A stretch of 64,000 nucleotides of DNA. Origin: Octopus sinensis. Taxonomy: Eukaryota. Below, piece by piece: positions 38,354 to 51,399 of this stretch. The translations under genes were made by a program, and so were the position numbers. The notes beneath the pieces were generated by a model. It had not been told where the DNA came from. It worked only from the letters and a program-made list of their open reading frames with translations, and did not search any database. The stretch covers positions 75,826,001-75,890,000 of the forward strand of contig NC_042998.1 in the NCBI RefSeq assembly GCF_006345805.1, given 5' to 3'. Every line of letters starts with the position of its first letter. The first letter of the stretch is position 1.

Positions 38354-38959
38354 ATATATATATAACGGCCAATGCATTACAGGGTGTGTCGTATATCTGA
38401 TAGACGTGATCAAAGGATCCAGGGGAGTAAGCAAACGTCTGGATGAAGGTGCGCATGACCAAGATAAGTCTTCCTTTAATATCCAGGTGAAACGTAATAT
38501 CACAGTCCTGGTTTGGTATTTGTAGTCTTTGAAGGAAAGCGCCTTGAATTACAAGCCATGAATTATATGTGGAGAGTGCTGGAAAAGTGCAAGTCTTATT
38601 TCAGCAGAAATAGGAGATGCAGGTTATGCCTAACCGAGAAAAGAAATTTCTTCACCTGGACTTCTACCTAAACTGCAAGAATGAAATTTTCTGATAATGC
38701 CCATATGAAAGGAATTACATGATGAATTATTTGAGGACTCCACCGTGATTATAAGCATATCAGTTTTAAATTTCATGACGAACATAATGTAGTTGCGAAA
38801 ACAATTTTAGGAATCCCAGCGATTTTGGACATTTTGATTTTTATATTTACTGACTGCCACAGTTAGGAGCAGTAGTCTAAACGACCAAGAACAAATATTC
38901 TCCATAAGAGTAGCATGGTAGCCTTTTCCTTGTTCTGAATGATCTCAGAATTCAACCAG

Positions 38960-39350
38960 CCATTCGCCTGTACAGTGTCGTCATCTTGTAACATGTACAT
39001 GGAATGATGCATCATTGCTCATGTTGATTCCTAGATCACGCACCGACTCTGACTCTGAGATTTCACTACCTGCTGGGCCTGTGTATACCGATTGGGAATC
39101 GAACGTAAACAACTTCTCGAACGTAAACAACTTGAAACTTCTGGGCACTGAACTGCATGTAATTTTCATCAGCTCACTTGCATATTACCGTTTTAGAGTG
39201 TCAACAGAATCCTTAAATGCTTACGATACTTTAGTATCATCAGCATAGCCTGACGACAGTGGCTGACTGTGTGACTGAGGACAGGTCCGACAGTTACCAT
39301 AAACAGTAATAGCCCCAAGTTCAGTTCCTTCAGGGACTCCGCTGAAAATT
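38960..39350 (-). mobile_element. CR1-like RT fragment
   Basis: YADDTKVS and ESESVRDLGINMSND motifs. Confidence 0.75.
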
Positions 39351-39413
39351 TATGTCTCTTGAGGAGAGAGAGAGAGCACACACACACAAAAACACACACG
39401 CACACACACACAC

Positions 39414-39459
<46 letters not shown>

Positions 39460-39602
39460 TTTCAGACTCAATAATAATATTTGATATTTTACATTTTATA
39501 TAATATATTCATTGAAAAAATATCTCTTCAAAATACAATATATTAAACCAGTGTATCTTGGATAAAAATATCCTTATAAGAGGTCTAAATATCCACATAG
39601 AG

Positions 39603-39658
<56 letters not shown>

Positions 39659-39675
39659 GCATAGATATTCGAGAA

Positions 39676-39716
<41 letters not shown>

Positions 39717-40190
39717 TACAATAACTTAGATATTTCTAAGTCTACATCTTGCCAAAATCGTAATTATTTCGATAAATCTGTAAACTATGCATCCTTTTTT
39801 TAACTCGAGTGTAGTTGTGGATAGTATTCAGGAGAAAAGTAGTAAACAAACAATAGTACATAATTTTTACACAGAACAATAGACCATAATTTCTGCACGG
39901 AACTTTAAATAACTTAACATTCTGTGCTTCAAATTAGTCCATAATTTTCTATATTTGCTCAGCGTTTGTGTGCTGCTATAAATTAATTCCTGGGTTGAGG
40001 TGGGACTTTTTAGCGTGTGTCACTACTTGTTCGATATATAAAAGCAGTCACGACACACGTACATGCATACAAAAATATTATTGAAAAGACACGTATCCAT
40101 ATGTGTATATATGTATATTATACATGTATATGTGTATGTGTATATATATATATATTTATATATATATATATATACATATACAAATATATA

Positions 40191-40224
<34 letters not shown>

Positions 40225-40864
40225 CATAGATATAAGGTGTGTGTGTTTATATACACATGTATAATACAGACATATATATATAATGCATACGTAGATGTAT
40301 AATGTCTTTGTACGTATATATGCATACATAAACTCACGCATATACACCTATACACAGGTATATAGATACATATACGTTTGTATGCTTGTATGTATATGTG
40401 TGTGTGTGTATAAATGAAAAGAGAGTATGGAGTGCGAGATAGAGAAATAAGAGAGCGAATAGAGAAACAAAACTGAATATAACAAATGGAGTTCTGAATT
40501 ACAGTTCATTACTATGCATTAGTTGTAACTGACAGCTGCATTAGGCTCCTTTGGATGTAACATAGTTATTGAGTTAGTTTTAGTTTAGAACAGAGGTGAA
40601 AATATATAATGAATTGTTTTACGCTGTGTAAATGGAATCAAATGACAACGCAGCTCCAATATATTATCATGATGACAGTTAATCTCTAAATTGTCCTTCA
40701 CATGAGAATCTGACGTTAAGTAGTCAATCCTTAATTACCATTATCCCCAGGTCCGTTCCAACCCGGAACGGTAGTATCCCTTAAGGTCCCGCCCGTAGGT
40801 TAAATACATTGCCTTAGGTATGACATTAAACTGCATCAGGTGGTAAGACTACAGTTCGTGATTC

Positions 40865-41165
40865 CGAAAAATGAAAGGCAAAGTCAACCTCGCTTAAATT
40901 TGAAATCCGAACATAAAGACAGACGAAATACATATTTCTTTACTACTCACAAGGGGCTAAACACAGAGGGGACAAACAAGGACAGACAAACGGATTAAGT
41001 CAAATATATCGTCCCCAGTGCGTAACGGATACTTAATTAATCGACCCCGAAAGGATGAAAGGCAAAGTCGACCTCGGCGGAATTTGAACTCAGAACGTAA
41101 CGGCAGACGAAATACCGCTAAGCTTTTCGCCCGGTGTGCTAACGTTTCTGCCAGGTCGCCGCCTT
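40865..41165 (-). mobile_element. Meta-domain SINE, head plus body plus partial second body
   Basis: Same tandem junction as 11590-11999. Confidence 0.8.
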
Positions 41166-41295
41166 ATAAAAATGCAAACACTAACTTCAAAATGTAATAA
41201 TCCTTGAAATACGTATTTCCTTCATTATAATATTTAATAATTATTGAAAGGATACGTATCTATATGTGTATGTATATTATACATGTATATATATA

Positions 41296-41416
<121 letters not shown>

Positions 41417-41447
41417 TATATATATACATGTATAATATGCATGTATC

Positions 41448-41554
<107 letters not shown>

Positions 41555-41639
41555 TAATCCCTTGTAAAAAGGTTAAAATGTCGATTTAATTCCGAGTATT
41601 CAATTTTGCTTAAGTTAGACTGATGTTTACAGTAATGCT

Positions 41640-41846
41640 GGTTTCAAATTTTGGCACAAGGCTAGCAATTTCAGGGAAGAGGTTAAGTCGACTACATCGA
41701 TTCCAGTGCTCTGCTGGTATTTGATTCATCGACCCCGAAATGCAAAGTCGACTCCGGCAGAATTTGAACTCAAAACAACATAAAGACGGACGAAATGTCG
41801 GTAATCATCTTGCCCGGCGTTCTAATGATTCTGCCAGCTCGCCGCT
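41640..41846 (-). mobile_element. Meta-domain tRNA SINE (older variant)
   Basis: gcggcgagctggcagaatcattagaacgccggg head; tttcggggtcgatgaatc. Confidence 0.7.
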
Positions 41847-42420
41847 TGGTTTGCAGTAATATTCAATTGCTTGTAGCAGCCTTGTCTTGCTGCATCGTTC
41901 TCTGAACAAACACTTTTTATAACTATCATAGAACTAATGATTGTTCCACCCTATTGGTTGATGACAACGCATCGCTCGCCACTAACAAAACGGGAAGTTG
42001 CCACCCGAAGTGAGATTTCTTTCTCAGTTCCTTCTATGTGAACGATGTAGCTGTGCTAACGTCAGCAATAGCGGTTGTGTGATTCAGTTGGATACTATTT
42101 ACGAATAGGAAGAGCAGTTTTCAGTTTTACAGTTTATATTTGTTTTATCTAGGAACATCTCCTTGGAAAGGGCAAGAGAGAGAGAGAGAGAGAGTTAACA
42201 TAATCCTTTATTTTTAAAACGCTTCTCTACATTAATGTACGGCTAGACCTACTGCGTAAATACAGTTAGTTTTCAAGATTGATACCAACTACTATAAGAA
42301 TGTGTATATGTATGAATGTATGTCTGTGCGTGAGCATGTGTGTATATGTGTGTAGAATTAAATACTAACCTATATTACAGTCACTGAAATATCTTAATGA
42401 TATATAGATTATTAATAAGT

Positions 42421-42524
42421 ATTAATAGCTATCGCCAAGCTAACATGGCAGTCCAGGAAAATAGGACGAATGCTGCCGTCCTATTTTCCTGGACTGCCAT
42501 GTTAGCTTGGCGATAACTATTAAT
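42421..42524. repeat. Hairpin with 48 bp arms (one mismatch) and an 8 nt loop
   Basis: attaatagctatcgccaagctaacatggcagtccaggaaaataggacg and its reverse complement. Confidence 0.95.
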
Positions 42525-42525
42525 A

Positions 42526-42741
42526 AAGGCGGTGAGCTGGCAGAATCGTTAGCACGCCGGACGGAACGGTATTTCGTCTGTCTTCACATTCTGAGTTCAA
42601 ATTCTGTCGAGGTCGACTTTGCCTTTCATCCTTTCGGGGTCGATTAAATAAGTACCATTTACGCACTGGGGTCGATTTAATCGACTTAATTCGTTTGTCT
42701 GTACTCTCTGTGTTTAACCCCTTGTGGGTAGTAAAGAAATA
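42526..42741 (+). mobile_element. Meta-domain SINE monomer with a 14 bp target-site duplication
   Basis: gataactattaata at 42512-42525 and 42742-42755. Confidence 0.9.
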
Positions 42742-43429
42742 GATAACTATTAATACCCAGTACCGCTGCCGTAGTCTCCTTTAGATTGAGTTAGAAATAT
42801 CAATATTTCTATTATAGACAAGGCTATCTATAAATGCGATGTTTGAGTCTGCTGAAGCATTGAAAATGTGAAAACAATAAGAAAATTCTACGTGTCTTTA
42901 TAAGTGAAGTCGAAAAATAATTACGTCATAATAGAAGTAAATGAAAATTTTCTCTCGAAGTATACAAAACAATTTAAATTATCAATCTTTTTTTTACTTC
43001 CCTTAAAATTTGAGTATTGAAAAATCAAGACTGAAATAACTGATTTTTTATTTACCACAAAGAAAGGACAGACCGGCATAATAAAATAATTTACAAATTT
43101 TACAGAATGTCTTCTTTCATGAAATCAATGAAATATATTAAAATTTTTACCTATTTAATGTAGTGAAAATATTTATTTACAAAACAAAACTAATAAAAGT
43201 GTTGCCAATACAGGCACAATGCCACAAATTTTGTGGAAAGAAGTTAGTCGATTAAAAGGACCCTTATATTTTATTGCTAGTTTGCTTCATAGACCCTTTT
43301 CTTCCCCCTTTTCTTCACACACTCACACACATGTATGTATGTATGTATGTATGTATGTATGTGTGTACACACGTATGTATGTACGTTTATATATGTGTAT
43401 GCATGCATGCATGAATGTATGTATGTAAA

Positions 43430-43850
43430 TACAAGCAGTTGATATGCTATACTCCAAAACGTTCACGGATGCGAAATCCAGATGCACCACCGATACAACT
43501 CTGCTATCGCCGCCCATAAGTGTCTCAATTAAGAAGAGCATTAAACAAGGAGATATTATTTCTCCAAAGCTTTTCGCCGTATGTCTATAAACGGCCATCA
43601 GAAACTTGACTGGTGACGTGAAAATCAATGGTGATCTAAGAAGACAGCTCTGATTCGCACATGACATCGTAATTATCGACGAAACAACAAATGAGCTGCA
43701 AACGATACTGACAGAGCTGTACAAATATAGCTGAAAAATAGGCCCTAAAATGAACTATATGAAAACAAAATACATGCGGCCCGAAGACGTTGCACAAAGC
43801 TGAACAGAGGTGGGAAACGATGAATTCAAGGAGGTACCTGTAATATATAT
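43430..43850 (+). mobile_element. RTE-clade LINE RT fragment
   Basis: IKKSIKQGDIISPKLF...L*FAHDIVII...IGPKMNYMKTKYM. Confidence 0.8.
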
Positions 43851-44061
43851 TGGGAAAAACATCCCACCTTGCATTATATATTTTTCACTATGAACGCTCA
43901 CCAGTTGCTAATTTGGCTGATATTCTTGCGCAATAATGACAATCGCTTTACAGAAACATGTGGAAGTTTTAGAGAGCTTAAAGTACCAATACGTGAATAC
44001 ATGCATACATACATTGAACCCTAATGTGGCTAAATGATTACCATCAGGCTGCTTTCTTTTG

Positions 44062-44121
44062 CAGGGTATGTTGGGGGTGATGTAAAGGCTTCAGCCTTTA
44101 CATCACCCCCAACATACCCTG
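44062..44121. repeat. Perfect 29 bp-arm hairpin with a 2 nt loop
   Basis: cagggtatgttgggggtgatgtaaaggct-tc-agcctttacatcacccccaacataccctg. Confidence 0.97.
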
Positions 44122-44261
44122 TTGGGGCTGAAGAGATCAACACTGCTATTCATTCCTTCAGGGTCTATAAAGTAAATTACCAATGAAATATAAGGGTCCT
44201 TTTAATCGACTAATTTCTTTCCACATAATTTGTGGCCTTGTACCTATATTAGCAACACTTA

Positions 44262-45282
44262 TTATTACATCAGCTTTCGTTTTCAGTTGTGTTTGTCTGT
44301 TTTCTGTGAACAAGATATCTCAAGAAACTCTAGATGGATTCGGATGAAACTTTCGGGGATGTTTGGCGTCGTGAATGGCACAAACTGATCGATCCGGTAT
44401 CAGACAAGAATTCTGGATTATTTGTTATATTTACTTTACAGGAAGTATTACGATCTTACGTTGACTTTCAAGTCTTTCTCGAATTATCTCCCTTGAAAAC
44501 ACGCTCATGTTTTCCACGTAAGTTATGGCAGCGTTGCTGTTTCCATAGTTTTAGTTTTGTGTCTCTATCATTAATTTTACTCGCGTCTCTGCCTTATTAG
44601 AAACTGATGGATAAAGAAATCAAACTTCATAAGCAAACGGCAGCAAGCCCGTTCAGAAATTAAATAACACTAACATATTCAGTAACAATGATAAATTATA
44701 TTTATCCTCGACAATTTTTAGTTTTACCAATTTTAAATATATCGCTCCTGTTTAAAACCTCTTACCTACTTGACAATTACATTTCAAGCTCTGCCTTGAA
44801 GGAAGCTTTACTTTTTGGACTCACATTTTTGTGCGCAACGATGTTAAACCTCCGTTAACAACAACGTACGCTAGTCCTTCCTGTTTTCTTTCACGCACGG
44901 ATAAACTTTTCACTATGGACCTTAATGGTCGTAAAGACACTGTATCAGAGGATAGACTAAAAAAGGCCTTCATAGAGAAAATTGTCCGTTGCCACTGCAG
45001 ACGACACACACACAACATTACAAATACGGCCTGCACACCCACCTTCACATTCCATGACTACCGCTGGGACCGATCAGATACCGGACAAGGATTCTGGATT
45101 ATTTTTCCGGGTCTTTTTTACTTAATTTTTGAGGGCGGTCGGGTTCATTTTTAGTATTCTCGTTTGTGAGTGCAATCGAGTTTATTTCAGGTATTCTCAT
45201 TTTAAAAATAATCTCCAGCTAGTCGTTGGGAGGACGTTGGTGTTGCCTTGGTAGAGATTTGCGCTCTCTGGGTGCTCTTGTT
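44262..45282 (+). mobile_element. Non-autonomous Helentron-associated (HINE/DINE-1-like) element
   Basis: 5' tttgtctgt...aagatatctcaagaaactctagatggattcggatgaaacttt and 3' ccttggtagagatttgcgctctctgggtgctcttgtt resemble HINE termini; inserted at TT. Confidence 0.6.
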
Positions 45283-45689
45283 AGTTTTGTTTTGTAAATA
45301 AAAATTTTCACAACAGTAAATAACAAAAGATTTTAATATATTTTATTGATTTCATGAAAGAAGATATTTTTCAAATTTTGTAAATTATTTTATTATGATG
45401 TTATTTCAGTCTTGATTTTCAATACCCAAAATTTAAGGGAAGTAAAAAAAGATTGGTAATTTAATTTTTTTGCTTTTTTGTATATTTCGAGTGAAAACTT
45501 TCATATACATCTATTATGACGAAATATTTTGTCGACTTCACTTATAACATACGTACAGTTTTCTTATTGTTTTCATATTTTCAATGCTTCGGCAGACACT
45601 AAGATTGCATTTATAGATAGCCTTGTCTATAATCTGTATATCATTGAAATATTTCACCGACTGTAAGATTTTAATTCTAAACGCGAGAG

Positions 45690-45726
<37 letters not shown>

Positions 45727-45849
45727 CACACACACACGCAAACACAAACACATTCATACACATACATGCGCAAACATACACTCATACGTACATACATCCT
45801 TGTAGTAGCTGGTATTGATCTTGGTAACTAACTGCACTTACGTTGATGT

Positions 45850-46790
45850 AGGGAAGCATTTCTTCTTCCTGTAATTTATTAAAACAAAAGCAAGGATTGG
45901 ACAATTACATAATTTTCCACATAGTTTCCTTGCTTTACGATGCACTTCTTCTACCGGTTCACAAGCTTGCATATTGTATCAGAAGGTTTCCGGCTGATCG
46001 CGCAGCTATTTATGCACCGTTTCCTGTATTTCTTCGTTTGTAGCAAATCGATTACGCTGTAAATGATGTTTCAGCGATCCAAAGCGAAAGGAGTGAGATC
46101 TGGACTATATGCAGAATGTTCCAACAATGTAAGACCCAATTTTTCAATAGTTTCAGTGGTGTGAGCGATTGTATGTGAATGTGCATTGTTGTGCATCAGT
46201 AGCACTTGACTTGAGAAGAGACCTCAGCGTTTGATGCAAATTGCTGGTTTCAGTGTGTAGGCCAGCATTCCATTGTAGCTTTCACTAGTGATTGTACCTT
46301 ATCCGGGTAGTGTTCCAATACAGGCCGTTTTACGCCTTAAAAAAACGGTTAGCATTACTTTTTCTGCGGAAGTTTGGATTTCGAATTTCTTTTTTGCGGA
46401 CGATTCGGGATGTGTCCACTCCATACTCTGCCTTTTGGATTCTAGCTGAAGGTGATGGACGCAGGTCACATCTGTGACTGTTCTCTCCAAAAAGCTTTAC
46501 TTTCATCGTTGTAGCAATCGAGTAAGTGTTGACAGGTCTCCTCACGATTATGCTTATTCGGTAAGCTGTCTTGGCACCCGTCTTGCCCAGACTTGACCGA
46601 CGCGAAGCATGTCGTGAATGATTTCGTATGCAAAACTATGACTAATTTGCAGAGAACATGCCACTTCATCAATAGTCAAACGTGGGTTCGTCAGAAACAT
46701 CTCGCAGTCATAGCGGTTGATGATTATCACGTTTGTCTGACCATTTTTAAACTTCTCGATTCATTCATACCTGGCAACTGACTTGGTAGA
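45850..46790 (-). mobile_element. Decayed mariner remnant
   Basis: WVPRQL-like segment and HHLQLESKRQSMEWTHPESSAKKKF...KVMLTVF. Confidence 0.8.
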
Positions 46791-47040
46791 CACCCACAAA
46801 ATAATCCCCCGTCTTTCCAACAACAACCTGGGCCTCTTATTTGAATTCCATATATCAAACACCCGTGGGCATGCTTACAAAATCAAAAAAACAACACAAC
46901 ATCCATGACTTTCGGAAACATTTTTTCACGCTCCGAATTGTTGAAGCATGGAATAAACTACTCACATCTGTCGTTAGTTATCGAGACACTACATCCTTCA
47001 AAACTTTCATACTTCCTGAAATCCGCCAACAGTACACTTG
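46790..47040 (+). mobile_element. CR1/L2 LINE 3' end
   Basis: HDFRKHFFTLRIVEAWNKL...TTSFK. Confidence 0.75.
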
Positions 47041-47309
47041 ATGACTTTTTTCTGTCTTAGTTGTAGTGCACCTGAGCACAATATACAACAATTTCTTTCA
47101 TATTTTTATTTCATACACTTCTACATGGTATCGTGTTGTCCTCATATTGCGATAAATTTCAGCCCTAACACACCTTCAGACCAGAGAAATCACATCACTC
47201 ATCTCTGTTTTTCCTGGGTGCACTCTACCAGCGGAGCGGCAATGTTTACTCATTAACACAAAAAGAAAACTAGAACTATCAAAGTCTAGTTATATCATAT
47301 ATAACTGAC

Positions 47310-47626
47310 ATTCCGTTGATTACGACGAGTGTTCTAGTCGATCCAATCAACGGAACAGTCTGCACGTGAAATTAACGTCCATGCGTTTCTGCGCACTCCA
47401 CAGAAACGCCTGCTCTTAGCGTAGTTGTCAGGGAGATTCAGCGTGACAGAATGTGACAAGGCTGGCCCTTTAAATTACAAGTACAAGTCATTTTTTCCAG
47501 CTGAGTAGATTGCAGCAGCATGAAATAAAGTGTCTTGTTCAAGGAAACAATGAACCGCTGAGAACCGAACTCACAACCTTACGATTGTGAGCCGAATACC
47601 CTAACCACTAAGCCACACACCTTCAC
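47310..47626 (-). mobile_element. CORE-type tRNA SINE
   Basis: Same head as 652-897. Confidence 0.75.
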
Positions 47627-47634
47627 GTATATTA

Positions 47635-48500
47635 CAAGGTGCGTAAGATATTTGAGGACATACATTTTTTTATCATTGCTGCATATTTTGCAAACTCTGT
47701 ATAATCTTTGTTTCAGAAAATAATAATGGCTGACCCTCAGCTTACTCAAGAAATTAAAAGGTATGCTGTCATTGTGGTTATAAAGGCTGATCATAGCGAT
47801 TTAGAATTATCTCGATTGTTAAAAGTTGCCAGGTCTTTCGTCTACAAAGTTCGTAAGGAGTTAGAGACTGAAGATGGAAATGTATTGCCAGTATCAAAGC
47901 ATAAAAAGCATTCTAAATGCTCTGAAATAATCAGAATGCCTGAATTTATCCAGCAAATTCAACAGATCATTGATTACAATCCCACAAAGTCCATGAGGTA
48001 ATTGCAAAAGATCTCCATGTGTCAGAAGGAATAGTTAGAAATGTTGAACACGAAGACATCAGATATGTCTTATATGATGAGGAAAGGTCAATTTATGCTA
48101 GAAAATGCAAAAGAAAATCACTACATCAAATCTAAAAGGCTTTTAAACAAACTGAAAAATACAGCAGGAGATTTGATTTGTTTTTTCTCAAACGAGAAAA
48201 ACTTCAACCAAGATCAAAATGTTAACAGAAGAAATGACAGATGGTTATGTGCAGAACCTTTTGAAGTTCCAAGTGTTATGTATACAAAGTCTCCTGCAAC
48301 TATCATGGTTTTAGGGGTTGTCAGCAATGAAGGACATGTGACGCCTCCTTACTTCTTTCCACAAAGCCTTAGAGTTAACTCTGCAGACTACGTTGAGGTC
48401 CTGGAAACAATTGTTAAGCCCTGGATAGACAGTATATGCAATGGAAGGCCAAATGTGATTCAGTAAGACTCTGCACTATCAGACATGGCTCTAGTAAAAC
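47635..48500 (+). mobile_element. Tc1/mariner-superfamily (maT/DD37D-like) transposon, 3'-truncated by the HHR repeat
   Basis: ORFs 47708-48001 and 48041-48466: FFSNEKNF, NRRNDRW, TKSPATIMVLGVVSNEG, VIQ*DSA. TA-caaggtg 5' end. Confidence 0.85.
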
Positions 48501-48501
48501 A

Positions 48502-49676
48502 CAGCCACGCCTAGGTTTCAAACTCTAATTTGCAAAACCCTAATTAGCAAATAAAATAATTTGCTAGGCGAAATTCTAATCAGTGGTAACGCCAAAACAA
48601 TAAACATATAATTTAGAGACAGAATAACACGTGTTTCATCCTTATATATTATAATTTTTAAAATTCACCGCGCAAGCGCGGTTTTCAGTCGGCAACGGTT
48701 GAAAGAACGCCGAATTAACTTCAAAAATTACTAAAATCATATTCATAAAATAAGATACGATAGCAAAATTTTAGAAATTTCCCTACCAGTGGCCTAGTGT
48801 GTATAAAAAGTCAATAGATAACATATTTTCCATATGAAATTAGCATACATTTAAAACATATAAGGATGAGAACGTGTTATTCTGTCTCTAAATTATATGC
48901 TGTTTTGACGTAGCCACTGATGAGAACTTCGCCAAGCAAATTATTTTATTTGCTAATTAGAGTTCGAAACTTATGTAAAAAAAAAAAACAAGGTAAAGTT
49001 TTTATTTTTTATTCTCTTTGAAATTGCTCTTTAACGTGATTTTCGACGTTTTTTAACTGCCATTTCTATCATGTAAGGATTCCTATTAAGAGTCGCCTCT
49101 TTTGTGTTTAAATATACACTAATTTTATACGGAAAATATGTTGTCTATTGACTTTTTATACATGCTTGGCCACTGGTAGTGAAATTTCTAAAATTTTGCA
49201 ACCCCATCTTATTTTATGAATATGATTTTAATATTCTGTAGTTAATTCGACATTTTTTCACTTGCTGACGACTGAAAACCGTGCTTGCGCGGTGAATTTG
49301 AATAATTTTAATACATAAGGATGAGAAAGTGTTATTCTGTCTCTAAATTATATGTTAATTGTTTTTGGCGTACCCAGTGATTAGAAACTCGCCTAGCAAA
49401 TTATTCTATTTGCTAATTAGAGTTCGAAATCTAGGTATGGCTGTAAAAAAACAAGGTAAAAGTTTTTATTTTTAATTCCCTTCGAAATGGCTCTTAAATG
49501 TGGATTTTGGACGTTTTGACTGCTCTTTCTAGCATGTAAGCTGCCTATTAAGGGTTGCCACTTCTGTGTTTAAATGCACACTAATTTTATATGGAAAATA
49601 TGTAGTCTATTGACTATACATGCTAGGCCACTGGTAGTGAAATTTCTAAAATTTTGCTACCCTATCTTATTTTTCG
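48502..49676. repeat. ~455-bp ORF-less HHR unit: inverted partial copy (48502-48850) plus 1.8 tandem copies (48861-49676)
   Basis: taaggatgag at 48861 and 49316; reverse-complement match of 48502-48850; 3' end in (TA)n. Confidence 0.9.
48911..48977 (+). ncRNA. Type I hammerhead with intact core (3' strand of stem I replaced by an A-run in this copy)
   Basis: UAGCCA-CUGAUGA-GAACU(...AGCAAAU/AUUUGCU...)AGUUC-GAA-AC(uuau)GU-A. Sister copies at 49371-49443 (+) and 48502-48587 (-) supply GAAACCUAGGUA/UGGCUG. Confidence 0.7.
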
Positions 49677-49723
<47 letters not shown>

Positions 49724-51069
49724 CGACACTCCAGCATGGCCGCAGTCAAATGACTTGAAACAGGTAAAAGAAGAAAAAAATATACACATACATAAAAAGA
49801 TGTGTGTGTCTATGTGTGTGTGTATGTCTGTCTGTCTGTGTCTCTGTCTGTGTGTGTGTGTGTGTGTTGGATTATAGCATTTTAACAAAACTTCTCTATT
49901 TAGAGAGAGTTTACAGTCAACTGAAATAAACTCTAGTATTTGGCTCCTATAATTTTATAGAACTTTAACTTCATTATGAAGCAATAGAAGATAGACTGTT
50001 TTTATTTGTTGGTCTAAGGTCACTATTCTTTATTTTAGAAATAATATCCAGTTAATAATTGTTTCACTCTCAGGCAGTATACTTGACCCCCATTAGATAA
50101 ATATGACAGAAAATCTTATGTCAGCCTTCACATTCAACCAGCAAATATCTCGCTCTAGTAACATTTAATCGTAATCAAAAGATAGAATTTTAGGAAATTC
50201 ATTACATACTACCATATGTGCTTCTTTATTTTATTGGTAACTGTACAATATAATATCTGTAATTACTACAGTCGGAGTTATTGCGGTTCAGGTAATGTAT
50301 TACTTGATTCAATTCTGATTCTCAACCAAAACCTCGGGAAAATATGAATTTAACATTTTCCTGATTCTTTTATTTCTAATATCAATGAGGTTTTCATTGC
50401 TTGTAAAAATTTGCTGATGTAAAAAGTCAAACAGTAAACGCAAAATAATTAGTTTTATTTATTCTTATGAAATTTAAATAATTTGTCATCTGACTTTTAT
50501 ATAATTATCTCACTTTGTAGAAGAGTATTTTAGATAAAATTACATTTTTGTTCGTCTTAGTCAAAGAAAAAGTGCTGAACCTCTCATACTTGCAACTCCT
50601 ACTGACTGGTTGCATTGCAGATTGAAATTTTGTTGGTTAAAGTCTGAATAAAAAGAAAAAACAAGAAAATGAGAGAATTCTATAGTATGACTGTTGTGCG
50701 AGTGAGATATTAAGCAAATTGCTTAGTGAGATGTTTGGGAACAACGAGAGATGAAATTGCATTAAATGGTGTTGGTCGAGGCTATAATGCAGTTAGCTGG
50801 TTCACTAGATCAGATATCATTGTAGCAGTAAACGACGTAGACAGAAAAACTATGAATTTGTATAGCTATATCAGTCCCGGGTATATTAGTAATACTTGAA
50901 TATAAGTTATACTTGAAAAGAGCTGAAGTATTTTATGTACCTGAAGAGGAAGCGAAATTTTTGGATGCTGTCTTGAGAGAGAGTTCCATGAGAGGTTGGC
51001 ATGAATGTTTGTCAGACATTTTAATTGGTAGTAGTTTATGAAAGTATGTTGTATATGAGTACAGAGAAT

Positions 51070-51322
51070 GAAGGAAGCGCGTGGTCTAGTGATTAGGGTG
51101 TTGGACTCATGATCGTAACATTGGGGTTTCGATTCCTGGACCGAGCGACGCGTTGTGTTCTTGAGCAAAACATTTCATTTCACGTTGCTCCAGTCCAATC
51201 AGCTGGCAAAAATGAGTAATTCTGCAAAGGAGTGACATCCCGTCCACATGAGGAATTTATAAGCCATGAAACCGGGAAACCGGCCTTTATGAATCAGCAT
51301 GACTCGAGAAGGTAACTTGGCG
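51070..51322 (+). mobile_element. CORE-type tRNA SINE
   Basis: gcgcgtggtctagtgattaggg...gtttcgattcctggaccgagcgacgcg. Confidence 0.8.
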
Positions 51323-51399
51323 TTTTTTTCTTTACAGAGAATGAAGTGTAAGGTTGTTTGCTTGACATACATAGCGGATATATTTTTATAGTTTGTTAT

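Larger units (their letters stand above)
42812..45634. repeat. Old inverted duplication: arm 42812-43298 versus 44159-45634 (the latter interrupted by a Helentron-type insert)
   Basis: tagacaaggctatctataaatgc / gcatttatagatagccttgtcta and continuous reverse-complement similarity over ~480 bp. Confidence 0.8.

Noticed and set aside
49265-49295. CUGACGA followed by GAAA and a strong hairpin inside the 455-bp unit
   Set aside because: No stem II and no NUH triplet
50936-50970. guac-CUGAAGA-ggaagc-GAAA
   Set aside because: No stem I partner and no valid stem III
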